DNA from: Octopus sinensis | Taxonomy: Eukaryota | Assembly (NCBI RefSeq): GCF_006345805.1 | Contig: NC_043005.1 | Span: 90,954,001-91,018,000, forward strand | Direction: 5' to 3' | Length of the DNA stretch: 64,000 nt | Shown: piece after piece, positions 38,501 through 52,169 of the stretch | How positions within the stretch are numbered: position 1 is the stretch's first letter | How the letters are laid out: each line of letters begins with the position of its first letter | The notes under the pieces: generated by a model | Told to the model about the DNA's origin: nothing | Database searches by the model: none | Seen by the model: the letters and a program-made list of their open reading frames with translations, nothing else | Made by a program: the position numbers and the translations under genes

Positions 38501-39586
38501 ATAACCAACTAAAACTTAGTTTTAGCCATCAGATTTCAGCCATGCAGATGCCCCAACATTGCCCCAGTGGAATTGACTGAAATCACTAAAACAATATATA
38601 AGAATATAGAAATTTCCTCAAGAAATACTGACAATTTATTGTACTGCAAATACTGGAAGGCAAAATTAACTCAAGTCTTTTTATGGGTATTTTTTTCTGT
38701 CGAAAATATTGCAAGTAAAAAGATTGTTAATCATTTCAGTCAACTGAAAGAAGGGTCCATGAGAAGAGTGACCTTGCACATTAAGTAATGGGTAGGAACT
38801 TGATGCCATGTACACAATGCAAGCAATGAATGCACAAAAGACAGTAGAATCTCTGGTTGGCTGAAAGACCAACAGGACTTTGGATGTGTAAGAGTAGTTT
38901 AATGATACAGCAGTTATGGATGTAATATGGCCAAATAGTTAAGACATCACTCAGCAATCATGTACCCTGGATTTTATCCCTTGTATGGCATCTTCAGCAA
39001 AGTGTCTTTTGCCATAGCTTCAGCTCAGCCCAAGCCTTGTGAGTGAAAGAGGATAGATGAAAACTGTTTGGAAGCTCATTGATTGGTTATACATTGTGCT
39101 ATGTGGATTAAGAGTAAATATGTCCATGGAATATTCAGCCACTTATTCAATGAATAGGTAAATCAGTTGATCACAACAATAGATTACTCATCAATGAAAC
39201 CAGTAGCGTTCCATTACTTTATTAATGAGTAGCTGAGGACACAAAATCTTAGCCATTTGAAAAGTGGCCTCAATAGGTAAACAGCAGGAACTCAATACCA
39301 TGAAATCAAGGCAAACAATGGGTACAGAAGGATACCATAGAATCTTTGGTTGACTGAGGAACTAGAACTTTGGATGTTCTAGATCAGGGGTTCACAACCA
39401 GGGTTCCTATGTTGGTAGAATTTACATGCAATAAATTGCTTTTAATTCTACAATACACAAAACATTAAAAATTTTAATACAGTTCCTAATAATATTTGAT
39501 TATAAAAATACAGTATGGTTTTATATATATGTTTCACTTTTGGATTTGGTTTGCAAGATTCTTTATATGAGTTTGTGTGTTGAAGC

Positions 39587-39825
39587 ATATTCTGTTGTCT
39601 GGGAAGAGTCATTTTCTTTTTGTGTCTTATAATGTAACACACTCACCGGTTAAATTTCCACTTATTTCTTATTTTCCTAAAATTTTCGTTTCTTGAAAAG
39701 GTTGCAAGACACAACGAAAATTTTAGGAAAATAAAAAATAAGAAATAAGTGGAAATTTTAACGGTGAGTGTGTTACATTATAAGGCACAAAAAGAAAATG
39801 ACTCTCCCCAGACACAACAGAATAT
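39587..39825. repeat. Palindromic fold-back element (~105-bp arms)
   Basis: atattctgttgtctggg...aaattttcgtt / aacgaaaattt...cccagacacaacagaatat. Confidence 0.9.
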
Positions 39826-41784
39826 ATATATATATATCAAATGGCTATGGAACTCCAGTAGAGTAAAATAGAAATCAAATGGGTTCCCATAGGCAAAAAC
39901 TGGTTGAGGGCTACTGTTCTAGATGTATGAAAGTAGTTAGCATAGGGAATTCATAAAATGACATCTGCAAACTGCTGAGATAATTTCCTAGATGCTTGTT
40001 ACTTAGATGGTCTTTAAAGAGAAGCTATAGTAAAAGTATGCAATACATGTGCAAGGAAAAGGTGGAAAACCTTGGAAAAGAAAAAAAGGTTCTGTATTTA
40101 GAAAAAAAATTGACCATATGAAGAGCACATATAGAGTGAGTTGCTACATGGCAAAGGAATATGAGCATTGAATGTAGCAGATCAGTGAAATCTAGAGAAA
40201 TGAGTTGAGTATGACCCAATGTTTGTGGAGGTATGTGGCTAAGTGGTTAGGGTATTGGACTCATGATGTGGGCGTGGAAAACCAGGAAATTAACCCTTAT
40301 AAGTCAGCACAACTCAAGAAGATAATTTTACCCTTTTTTTCCTTTTTACAATGTATGTTTAATTTTAGTTGGCATATATTGCTTTCAAATCTTCCATGAT
40401 AGAAATGGGCATATTTGATTGAATCAACACCACCTTCTTATAAACATTTAATTTATTGTTATCCTCGTGGATACTTGGAAACGCTTTCATTATAACCCAA
40501 AACTTAGACAGTCAAAAGTAATTTGTGGCCTTATATAAATATAATTTGGAAGAGAGAATGGAATGGTTGATTATACCAAATTCAGCTCTTGACCAGTATC
40601 AATTTTATTGATTCTTTTCCCCTTCCTACCAGAAGGATGAAAAAAGTTGGCTTTTTGTAAAGAAGATACAACCATTCAATGTTTTATTTGACACTCTTCT
40701 GATTCTGGCCAACTATAGTCCTCAAAAACAGGAATATTAACGAAAGATATCTCTGCTACTACAACCACAATGAAGTTTGGTATTTGTTACATTGTAATGT
40801 GAACATAACACTGTTCAAAGATTATTTTCTACATTTAATGCTAACATGTTTTGCTCTATAGCTGCCCAATGGAACCTATAATCATTATTTCTTCTTTCTG
40901 GAAGTGGTATGTAGGACTACATTACCCACCTTCTATTTTTTTTCTTTTTACCACCTTTTTATATTTTTGGAAAGAAGTTGTAGTTTTAGGGAAATTTAAC
41001 TATCATTCCTAGCAGAAGAATCAACCACTTAGAGGCTTTTTCACTGTGTCAAATTTATTACATTAGCTAGGTAGGAGGTTAAAAAGGAAACTGCAAATAC
41101 CAGGTTTCTAGTGTTGTTATAGATACCCAGTCAAAGACAATTAGCTTTGCATTTTCTTTTTCGACTTTTTCAGTCAGTGAATCTAAAAACGTGTTCCAAT
41201 GTTTTGCTTATTTGGCAGAAGCTTTCTTGTTGGTGTGTAATGGTTACACTACACTCCGCCAAAGCAGATCAACCCAATCCGATTGAGTTGAAGAGAGTAG
41301 ATGGAAACTGTGGGGAAGCCCATTGCATGGATTAGACTTGTAATTTAAAAGTTTGGTCTTATATTCTATCACTGATTTATTTTGTAAAATATTCAGTCCC
41401 TTATGCATTGATTTAATTTGTAATTCAGTTAATCAAATAACAGAATGCTCATCATCAAATTTTGATGAAGAGCCACCATTTCACTAATGGAGTCTAGTAA
41501 AACTGAAACCTGTCTCAAATTGTCCCCATGCTGCCAAAAATCACTCTCCACTATTCTATTATTATTAATTTAAATTTCAGAATTGTCTCCTCTAACTTAA
41601 GTAGCTTTTTTTTTTGTCAACTACATAAACATGCTTGCATCTCACTTTACTATAAATGTCTCTCTCACCTGATAAGATATGAATTCAGACAAACAGATAT
41701 TTCTAACACAAGTAGAAACTTGAGACTTTTTTTAAAGAAGTGGTGATATTTGTGATATTCTACTGATATCACAATTTAAGCATG

Positions 41785-42178
41785 TCCCTTAGTGGCTGAC
41801 GATATGTGCATCTCTGATCATGAGCAGAAGTAGTGAGGGAGCATCATAGCCATGTGTTGAGAGGGATTCTTTGGGGTTTGAATAATTCACCCCTGGAAAC
41901 ATGGGTGTTTTGTTCAACATCCTTGAACAACCCTTATTCAGGGACCTTTTGAGCAGGATGGGTTACTCAACCAGAAGAAAACTCTAACTGGGCCCCACCT
42001 GCAAGGTCATGTGCCGTTTATCTTGATATGAGATCACCATGTCTCGCACATTTGGTTGTGATGCATGTGCCTAGTGTACCCTTATCAGACGGGTCGTCAT
42101 GATGGATATACTGGGCTTCATATATTTTACCCCAGTGTCACTTTGATGGCATGCGCTGCTCTCTCACTCAATAATAAT
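41785..42178 (+). mobile_element. Unclassified (AAT)n-tailed retroposon 3' end
   Basis: Partial copies at 42538-42680 (+) and 63781-64000 (-); ends ctctctcactcaataataat. Confidence 0.7.
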
Positions 42179-42179
42179 G

Positions 42180-42887
42180 GTTACAAGGCCAGCAATTTCA
42201 GGGGAGGCAGTATGTCAGTTATATGAAATGGTTCTTATTTATTGATCTCAAAAGGATGAAAGGTAAAGTTGACCTTGGCAGAATTTGAATGCAGAACATA
42301 ATAATGGACAAACTGCTGCTAAGCATTATGCTTGGTATGCTAACAATTCTGCCAGTTCACCACCTTAATAAGAATAATAACCATCATTATTATCAATATC
42401 ATCATCATTTAATGTCCATTTTCCATACAGGTATAGTTTGGACAGTTTGACCAGAGCTGGTAAACTGAAGAATTGCAACAGGTTTCAATCTGATTTGGAT
42501 TGGTTTCTATGGCTGGATGCCCTTCCTAACACCAAATGACCATGTCACGCACATATGGTTGTGATGCATGTGCCTCGTGTACCCTTATCAGATGAGTAGC
42601 CATGATGGGTATACTGGGCTTTGTATATTTTACCCCAGTGTCATTTTGATGGCATGCACTGCTCTCTCAATAATAATAATAATAATACTTTCTACTATAG
42701 GTACAAGGCCTGAAATTTCTCGGTAGGGGACTAATCAATTGCAATGATCCCCAATGTTTTACTGGTACTTAATTTATCGACCCCAAAAGGATCAAAGACA
42801 AAGTTGATCTTGGCAGAATTTGAACTCAAAATGTAGCGATGGGCAAAATGCCATGTGTGCTAACAATTCTGTCAGCTTGCCACCTTA

Positions 42888-42927
<40 letters not shown>

Positions 42928-43790
42928 CAATAAGAAGAGTGCGACCGTTATTGAATGAACAATGAAGTAGATTGAGAAGATTATTTTGAACTTGTGGAAA
43001 ACATGAAGTGTTGAAATATTGTTCATTTGATAACAGTCACACTCTTCTCATTGTACTTTACCTTCTGGAGGAGTAACATCAACCCTTAAATAATAATAAT
43101 AATAATTTCTAGCTTTGGCACAAGACCAGTAAATTTGAGGAGAGCAGGTTAGTTGATCTTATCAACCCCAGTGCTTGAGAAGTAATTTATTTTATCAAAC
43201 CCAAAAAGATGAAAGACAAAGTTGAGTCTAGCTGAATTTGAATTAAAACCATGAAGAGCTAAAAAAAAATGCTGTGAAGTATTTTGTTTGTCATGTTAAC
43301 AATTTTGCCAGCTTGCCAATTTAAAAATAATAATAATCCTTACTACTAAAGGCACAGGCCTGAAATTTGGAGAAGAGGGTAAGTTGATTACATTGATCCC
43401 AGTACTCAACTGGTACTTAATTTATCAACCCAAAAGGATGAAAGGTAAAGTCGACCTTGGCAGAATTTGAACTTAGAACATAGCAACAGGCAAAATACGC
43501 CAAGCATTTCACCCAACGTGCTACTGATTCTGCCAGCTTGCTGCCTTAATAATAACAATAATAGTTTTAAATTTTGGTACAAGGCCAGCAATTTTTAGTA
43601 GTTGGGGTGGGGGTAGTCAATCACATCAATCCCAGTGCACAACTGCTATTTATTTCATCGACCCCTGAAAGGATGAAAGGCAAAATCAATCTTGGTAGAA
43701 TTTTAACTCAGAACGTAAAGAGCTGGAAGAAATGCCACTAAGTCTTTTGTCCAACACACTAACAGTTCTACCAGCTTGCCACCAAAATAA
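42180..43790 (-). mobile_element. Cluster of at least five same-orientation family B SINEs separated by (AAT)n
   Basis: Copies at ~42180-42366, 42695-42885, 43105-43320, 43345-43550, 43575-43780. Confidence 0.85.
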
Positions 43791-43823
43791 TGGACAATAA
43801 TAATAATATAATAATAATAATAA

Positions 43824-44215
43824 CTAGCAGTATCGCCCGGCATTGCTTGGGTTTGTTTCGACCCTTTAGAATTGGAATTTTTGAAAAGTAAAAATTTTGC
43901 ATTATGTAGCTTGTTACTCTCTTTAAGTGAACATTTTTCTGATTGAAATACACCAAAAAATGGCGACACAGCAGTAAAAAAATCGTAAAAAATAGGGCTT
44001 TTCATAGAAAAAAAGCACCATTTTGATGTAAATAATTTTTGGTGTTAACATGGTCCGATCTGAATTTTTTCTTCTACGGAAGGAAGAGCAAGCCTTCTTC
44101 TATCATACTTTCAATTTTGGTCAACTTGTGCTGCAGGGTCTAGGAGGAGATAGTGTTAGTTGAAGGCTACCAAACCTGCCATACACAGACAACTTCAGCT
44201 TTATATATAGAGAGA
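43824..44215 (-). mobile_element. Non-autonomous Helitron (392 bp)
   Basis: Minus 5' TCTCTCTATATATAAA; 3' hairpin cccaagcaatgccggg then CTAG; A|T insertion inside (TAA)n. Confidence 0.88.
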
Positions 44216-47200
44216 TAATTTTGGCACAGGGCCAGAATAATAACAACTGGCAAAACTTGTAAAAATTGCATATTTTATAAATTTTCTATTTGATGCATAA
44301 ACGTTTTAGACCTTCATAACATTGTTTGATGATGTTAGTTTACAATTGTCTTGAATTTTGCTCCAGAGTTAAAGTTGTTAAAAAAAAAATAAAGGGTAAC
44401 ACTCAAACACACGTAGTGATAAGAAGAATAGGACATGTTCTGTGGAGGAAAGGAATATTCAATTTTTTTTTTGCAAATTTGCTACAAAAGCTGTTTAAAG
44501 TTTTCCTAAGAATATTGATGTTTTAGCTTCATATATTTTGCAAGATAAAGGATTATTTACAAATTTGAATACATATCAAGTTGTCTATTATTGTCTAAGT
44601 GTTGATATATAGAAAGAAGAAGACAATTGTAATTTTTTTTTATTAGATTGTTTGAATTTATAGCTCGTTTACAGATTTGATTGTTTGGCAGCTATTTGTC
44701 TTTACAATGCTTAGAATCCTCTGTGCACATCCTTCACTTGTTTATCACTGACCCTCCAACTTAAATTTCAATGTGAAAGTGTGAATTAAGCTCTTTTTTT
44801 TTGTTTTTGTTTTTGGGGATTTTTCCTTTTTGTTTTGCTTTTTTTTTGGCATGGCTAAAGATGAGGGTTCAAATATACCTTTAAGATGAAAAAAAAAAAA
44901 TTTTCAAAATTTTATTTTGTTGAATATTCCCTTCGTCCATCAATTATGGCATGTTACCATGTTACCATGAATGAATATTTCAAACATGACACACAAGATC
45001 ATACATTTCTGGAGAGAGATATTTTCAATGTAATTAAGCCTAATACTTACCTAGTGCTTTATTTATACCATCCCAGATGGATAAAAGGCCAAGACAGCCT
45101 CAATGGAATTTGAACTCAGAAAGTAATGAAATACTACTAGATATTTTTTTGATTTCTAACACTGGCACAAAGTTACAAATTTGTTGAGAAAGGATTTAAC
45201 TGATTCAATTAATTCTGGTATTATTTTATAGAGATTCTGGTGAGATTTGAACTCAGATTATAGAGGGGACAAAACTATGAAATGTAACTGCTTTATAATT
45301 TCTAATACTCCATATTAACAGATTTCCAACTTAGCTATTAGGCCAGACTTTGACATTCATGCATTTTCAAGGGCATTAGTGATGTGTAGACTGAATTAGA
45401 TTCAAAAGAAAATTATAGTCAATGGTAGACTGAGCTCATTGCAATATTACTTTCTAATCTTACCAATATATCAAAATTACAACCATTTTTAGTAATGGAA
45501 TAGGTGTGATAGTTTATTTATTGCAACAGTTAATTTTGAGGCTGGACATTACTGACCATTGAACTTTAAAGAACCTATTTTTGCCAGGTTGAAGCATACA
45601 GTTACGCACCTTGATCAGAGGTACAACCAAAAAGACACTTGTAATAAAATTTAAACCTGTGATAAGAAAATTGACTTCACCGTCTAATGAGATTATGAAA
45701 TTTTTTTCATACATTAGCATAAGGCTATAAGTGTTCAAAGAACCCATGTACCTTCTTGGTACTTATTTTATTGATCATTATGGATAGGAATATCAAACTC
45801 AATCTCACAGCAATCTCAGAATACAGAGACAAGTATCATAGTTTGACACTACAATTCTACCTTGCCACTGTTATAATAATATAATAATAATTTCTAACGA
45901 AAGCACAAGGCCAGAAATTTAAAGGAGTTGACAATATCAATCCCAGTATTTGACTGGTACTTTATTTTAGCAACTCTAGACAGCTGGAAGGAGAAATTGA
46001 CCTTGGCAGAAGTTGCATTCTGAAAACAAGACATTTTGTACAATGCTCTACCAAGTAATTCTCTCATCCATTGTCCCAATAATCATAGTAGCAATTTCTA
46101 ACATTAGTTGCACAAGTCACAAAATTTGAGTGAAGATACAAATTTATCCCTGTTGATAATTAATGACAATTATTTTATCAATCCCTGAGAGATAAAAGCA
46201 AACTTTGATTCCAGTGTGATTTGAACTCAGAAAGTGAAGGGACATAACTAAATACCACAAGGAAATTTCTCTTGCACTCCACCAATTCTATTAAGAATAG
46301 TAATAATAATTTTAATAATAACAACAACAACAAGACTAAATTTCATTTTTTTTTAAAGCTAAGAAATTAGCAAAGCAAACAAACATAAGGTTTGACATAG
46401 ATAAATTTTAGTTAGCGAAGCCACATCTTTTGGATCCCAGTTCTGTGTTAGAGTTAGGGCAACAGAAAGTAGATAAGAATATTTAATAAGTCAGCAAGTT
46501 GTATTAGGGCAATTGGGGGTCCTCTAAGTGTGGCCCCACCTTATTTACATATCACATAGGGACCTTGTCAGCGGATGGCTTGGTGTCGGAAGAACTAAAT
46601 ACGATAATACACATTGTCATGAAAGTCAATTTATGCATATGTATGTACATACACAAATACAATTGTAATCCATACATTCTGAAAATTAAATACATACATA
46701 TATACACATAACACACAGTGACTCACAAACATATACAAGCATATATGTGCATATATATGTGTGATGTGTGTTTGTATACATATGCACATACAGTGTGTGT
46801 ATGCGTGCGCATGTATATGTGTGAATATTATTTATAAACACATGCACATACATTTATACAGAGACAGACACAGACGTGTGTGTGGGTGAGTGGTAAGATT
46901 TTGAGCTTAAATGGATGGAAACTCAAACACAATCACAAAGCAAATATCTAAATACTTGTCTTTTGATTATGTTCCAGGATTAACATAGCTAAGTAGATAG
47001 TTATCAATTCAGACACACCCAATCACATTCACACACAGTACAATGTTGGTACAGAAAAATAAAATGAAATCCCGACACATTCACAATACATTTAAAAAAG
47101 AACAGTACAATTTCTTATTGGTACAATCAATGGACACAGCACCAGTTAAATGACCTTAATTCAACATATTACTGGCTTAAATGAACGCACATATACACAC

Positions 47201-47413
47201 ACTCACACATACATACGCACACATATTTTGTATTCATATATATATAAGAAAAAAGGTAAGTTGCCCTTAATACTATCTTTGTGGAATTGTCTTTATTTAC
47301 AAGATTTTTAGGCAAAGAAAACATACACATCCACACACACATGTCAACATGTCAAGATATACAGCGTTGCACACATTCATACATACAAATACACATTCAC
47401 ACATGCCTAATAT

Positions 47414-47521
47414 CTATATTACACAATATCCACTACAAGCTGAGTAAGATCCTTCTGTGGCACCATTTGTAAGCCTCAGTCCTTGTCTATCAGTTTCCCA
47501 GAGTCCTGGTGTCTGGATGAT
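47414..47521 (-). CDS. RAB18: Rab18 terminal coding exon
   Basis: ttttcttcttccag|ATC; IIQTPGLWETDRQGLRLTNGATEGSYSACSGYCVI*; IIQTPGLWE is Rab18-typical. Confidence 0.93.
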   Translation of the reverse strand: MIQTPGLWETDRQGLRLTNGATEGSYSACSGYCVI

Positions 47522-48214
47522 CTGGAAGAAGAAAATAACAATATACTTGATGAGAATGATTATGTTGAAATACAGAACAAGAAGGGTGGTTAAGCGAAAT
47601 TTGCTTCCCAACTACATACTTCCAGGTTCAGTCACACTGCATGGCACCTTGGGCAAGTGTTTTCTACTATATCTCCAGGCCAACCAAAGTCTTGTGAATA
47701 GATCTGGTGGATAGAAACTAAAAGAAGCCCATCGTATATTACAATCTGAACTCACAACAATAAGTTACTGGTTCTACAATACCTTTGGACAGGTAATTTA
47801 CTTCCTATCTTGTGAATTTTCGTTTGTTTACAGTATACGTTTGAATAAGTACAATAAGTTTGCATTCTGAGGTAAATTAGTGAAAACTTACAGGTGTAAT
47901 TTCAGGCAAGCAAAAATTTGACAACACGAAAAGGGTTTCAAGGCTATTAAAGTTAAATGCACCAAATAATGCTGAGACATAAAACCCAGTTCAAGTTTAA
48001 CATCCAAGCAGAGACTGGATATAAGTAACAGTGACAGGTTTTTGTGGAACTTTTCAGAGTATTGGGTTATCCCACAAATAATGTTTTTTTTATACTTCTT
48101 TTATACTTAATTTTTCAAAATTAAGATAAACAAAATTTTTTTTTAAATCTAAAATATACCCTCCCTCAATAATAAATCTCTGAGCAAGGTATAAACAGTA
48201 GCTGCACGACATCA

Positions 48215-48499
48215 TGAAGTATATTTTCCATTTAAATGTGACTAACACTTATGGGTGGATGCTACTGTAGCTTGTAGCCCAAGGAAGACACCTCTTCCAG
48301 CTGGCTATTGACACACTGACTGTGCCCTATCAGTATTTGCAAAGGGAAGCCAGCCTTCCCATTAGCTTCCCTTTGCAAATACTGATAGGGCACAGAAAGT
48401 GTGTCAATTGCCAGCTGGAAGAGGTGTCTTTTGGGGCTACAAGCTACAGTAGCATCCACCCATAAGTGTTAGTCACATTTAAATGGAAAATATACTTCA
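48215..48499. repeat. Near-perfect inverted repeat, 136-bp arms, 14-nt spacer
   Basis: 48215-48350 pairs with 48365-48499 with only a few mismatches. Confidence 0.95.
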
Positions 48500-49128
48500 C
48501 AGTACCCTCCTTCATTTACTACATCTATCTGATAGACTTCCAAAATTCAATGGTCCATGACAAATACTCCTCCAATACTGTTCTGACCTCATCTACAGAA
48601 TTCATATTTTTTCCATTCAAGTGATTTTGAAGACTGCAGAATAAATGATAATCAGATAGGGCAATGTCCGGCGAATATAGTAGGTGGGGCACTGTTTCCT
48701 ATTCAAACTGCTGCAGCTTTTGGAATGTTATCTTCGCTGTATGTGGCCAAGCATTATCCTGATAGAAGAACACATTTTGTCTTGAAACCAAAGATGGTCG
48801 TTTTACTTCTAGCGCTGACTTGAATGACTCATTGAATGACCAAATCCAAGCTTCTCTGCTAATTCCACAACAGTTACAATGTAATTTTGTTCCACCAGGG
48901 TTTGCAGGATGTCCTCGTTGAGCTCTTCAGAGCTTCCAGGATAAGGCTCGTCTTCTAAGCTGTAGTTTCCAGCTCGGAATTTCTGGAACTACCATTGACA
49001 CTGGCTTACACTTATTGTCTGATCCCCATATACTGCATTAATATTCCTCGCACTTTCTGTTGCATTGTTGCCTTTATTGAACTCTCATAAAGCAAAATAT
49101 GCCAAATATGCTCCTTTGTCACTTCCAT
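48500..49128 (-). pseudogene. Mariner transposase relic
   Basis: MEVTKEHIWHILLYEFNKGNNATESARNINAVYG...LEDEP and YSPDIALSDYHLF; stops and deletions. Confidence 0.88.
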
Positions 49129-50209
49129 TATAGCTTTGAAAAAATAACAGTTAAAATCAAACTGCACTCTTCAAGACTTGCACAAAGAACAAGGACAAGG
49201 TAAAATTACTACCTGCTTTTATAGCAAGTTGATGAAGGTAATTTATCCCACCCCTACCCCACCAACTTTTAGTTCATGCAGTTGAAAAAACCGCATTATT
49301 TATGGTATAACCCAATATATTGTGATTTTTTAACATTCTGAGTTAAAATTCTGCTGAGGTCGACTTTGCCTTTCATCCTTTCGGGGTCAATAAATTAAGT
49401 ACCAGTTGCATACTGGAGTCAATCTAATCAACTGGTCTCCTCCCCAAAAATTTCGGGCCTTGTGCCTAGAGTAGAAAAGAATATATTGAGAATTTTGCTC
49501 ATTCCCACGATTCAGGAACTAAGCAGTGTTGATGAATTTTCTTATCACAGACTTAAATTTTATTACAAGTCTCTTTTGGATTGTACCCCTGATCAAGGTG
49601 CGTAACTCTGTATGCTTCAACCTGTTGATCACAATGCTGCCACAATTCAGGTACTGGCAAGCTGGTAGATTTATTAGAATGCTAAGCAAAATACTTCATG
49701 ACATTTCATCCATCTTCAAGTTTTGATTTCGAATTCCACTGAAGTCAACTTTGCCTTTCATCCTTTCAGAGCTGATAAAATAGGTACCTGTTGAGCACTG
49801 GGGTTGATGCAATCGACTGACCTCTTCTTTTGAAAAGTGCTGACTATGTGCCAAAATGTAAAACCAATATTAATTTGAACAAAATTGTCAATGCTTCCAA
49901 TGAAAACTAACACTTACATAGACTGATTGTTAATCACAACAATAACGTGTGCATACGATGTTCCACTAAATCTGCAATGTTTGAAGACTGATATGTCAGT
50001 GATTGTATCATTATCTGATTTATGATGTCCTGTTGATTTATTACATGACTTACATTTCTGAGGAAAATAGCCCTTTTCCTTACACTTAGCATTTTCTGTA
50101 GTCACTACAACTTACAAAGAAAAAAGAGAAAAATTCTGGGAATCAGCTGCTGAAGTAGTTTCCTGTTTGGTGTGGTCCTTTGTAACTGTAATAATATTTA
50201 CAAAGATAT

Positions 50210-50542
50210 CACCTTCACCTTGATCACCTTGACCGACCAGTCCGTCAGGCGTCCATTTGACACCGCTGATCACAGCACACTGTCCACTCCTCTCTGGATC
50301 GCACCTTTCTCATCCACGTGATCCCAATCATCCTCCTGAAATTGTAACTCCACCGTCGTGGAGGCCTTCCAGGTAGTCGTTTCCGCTCGCGCGGGTACCA
50401 CTCGACAACTGCACGGGTTCACCAATTATCGGTGAGCCGGGCAACGTGTCCAGCCCATCTAAACTTGCTGCGTGTATACTCTGCGATGACATCCCTCACA
50501 CCGGACTTCTTTCTGATGATCTCGCTACTGATATGCTCTCTC
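50210..50542 (-). mobile_element. RTE LINE 3' end, second family
   Basis: KFRWAGHVARLTDNW*TRAVVEWYPRERKRLPGRPPRRW; tail ggtcaaggtgatcaaggtgaaggtgat. Confidence 0.88.
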
Positions 50543-50984
50543 AACGAGATACCATAGAAAGGTCAATTTACAAAGATATAATGGTCATAAATGCTTTATT
50601 TTTTTCTTTATATTTTTATAGCTGAGTCCAATGCTTGGGCTTGTGACAATATTCTATTTTTGAATAGGCTGAGCTTTATACCTGTTGATATTATTCCAGA
50701 AATAAAAGTAATCAGTATTAAATGCTTTGTATTGTTTAACCAGGAGTAGTACAACTTGAAGAAATAGATCCAGGGATTCTGTAAGTCATTGCTTGTATGA
50801 GTTTCAAGTTCATGTCTCACAAAAACATTATTCACTGGCTTAATGTTGACAACTTTTAGGAAATTTTCAAACCTGCATAACCAGTATTTGAGTTCCAAAG
50901 AGATTGATACCAACTGAGAAGAAATCATATTAAATCTTTTGGGCTTCCCCTTTAAGTCCAGTCAGTCAGTCATACAGTGCTTTA

Positions 50985-51270
50985 AATCTTGGTTTTGTCC
51001 CTGTTGACAGGGGTGGCTGGATCTACCTCAATGCTATAGCAAACCGCCATCTCGCCATCTTACCCTGTTTTGGACATTCTCCCTTCTTAAGCCAACCTTC
51101 CCAATTTCCCCCCCACCTGTTCCTCTGTCAACCTTGGTCAAACTAAGGCATCCCCCTCAGAGCATGCTCCTCATCCCTCCTCAACACATGCCCATACCAC
51201 CGCACTCCATTCTCCCTTGCCAGCCATTCCATTGATTCCTCCAACCCCAGCATCTCCATCAAGTCCTCAG
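50985..51270 (-). mobile_element. RTE LINE 3' remnant, third family
   Basis: LMEMLGLEESMEWLARENGVRWYGHVLRRDEEHALR. Confidence 0.7.
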
Positions 51271-52169
51271 TCATCCTCTTATTTCTTTATTGCCCACAAG
51301 GGGCTAAACATAGAGGGGACAAACAAGGACAAAGGGATTAAGTCGATTACATCGACCCCAGTGCGTAACTGGTGCTTAATTTATCTACCCCGAAAGGATG
51401 AAAGGCAAAGTCGACCTTGGCGGAATTTGAACTCAAAACGTAGCGGCAGACGAAATACCACTAAGCATTTCACCAGGCATGCTAACGTTTCTGCCAGCTC
51501 GCCTCAGTCATCCTCTTATCAAACAGCTTCACTCCACACATTTCTCTCACCATTACTTTACAAAGACTTTATTCAACAACTAATGCTACAACTTAACATC
51601 TGGTTTAACACAGAATCACAGCAGAGAGTAAAGAAAATAACTTGTGTTGGGATTTTAAATATATGTATTAAATACACCATTGCCAAATTTCATTTTGAAA
51701 AAGACTCAGCAAATACAGATGAGGCCAGTCCTGGCAAAAAAGAAGGAGACATTCAGGAAAACTACCAAGGAAAACTGAGAAAATACAAACTAGCCTCTGA
51801 AATGGGTTGCAGAACAAAGAGGGTGCAAGAAAACTTATGCTAAAATAATTCTGGTTGGTTATCTTGGTAGAAGATTGATTGAAATTGAAAGACAAACAAG
51901 AAAGGTCAGTCAAGGAATAAAAATAATTGAGTAAGCATGTCTATACAGGTCATGGAGTTATTATAGTTTACAGTTATACATTTTATTGGAAATCTTACCT
52001 CACACCTATTCCTTTTCTTATTGCTTTAAATATATTAACAATCATCTTATATGAAATCAGAATTGTGTAGAAATTTGGAAAAGAATGTCCTGAATTCAGT
52101 TATGGATTGTGTTAAACTACTTCTCACTAAAACAGAATCATCTTGTTTGTTCTAATGATTAAGTACTCA

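Noticed and set aside
46555-46625. Possible C/D snoRNA downstream of the Rab18 stop (CTGA present on minus)
   Set aside because: No RUGAUGA C box and no terminal stem.
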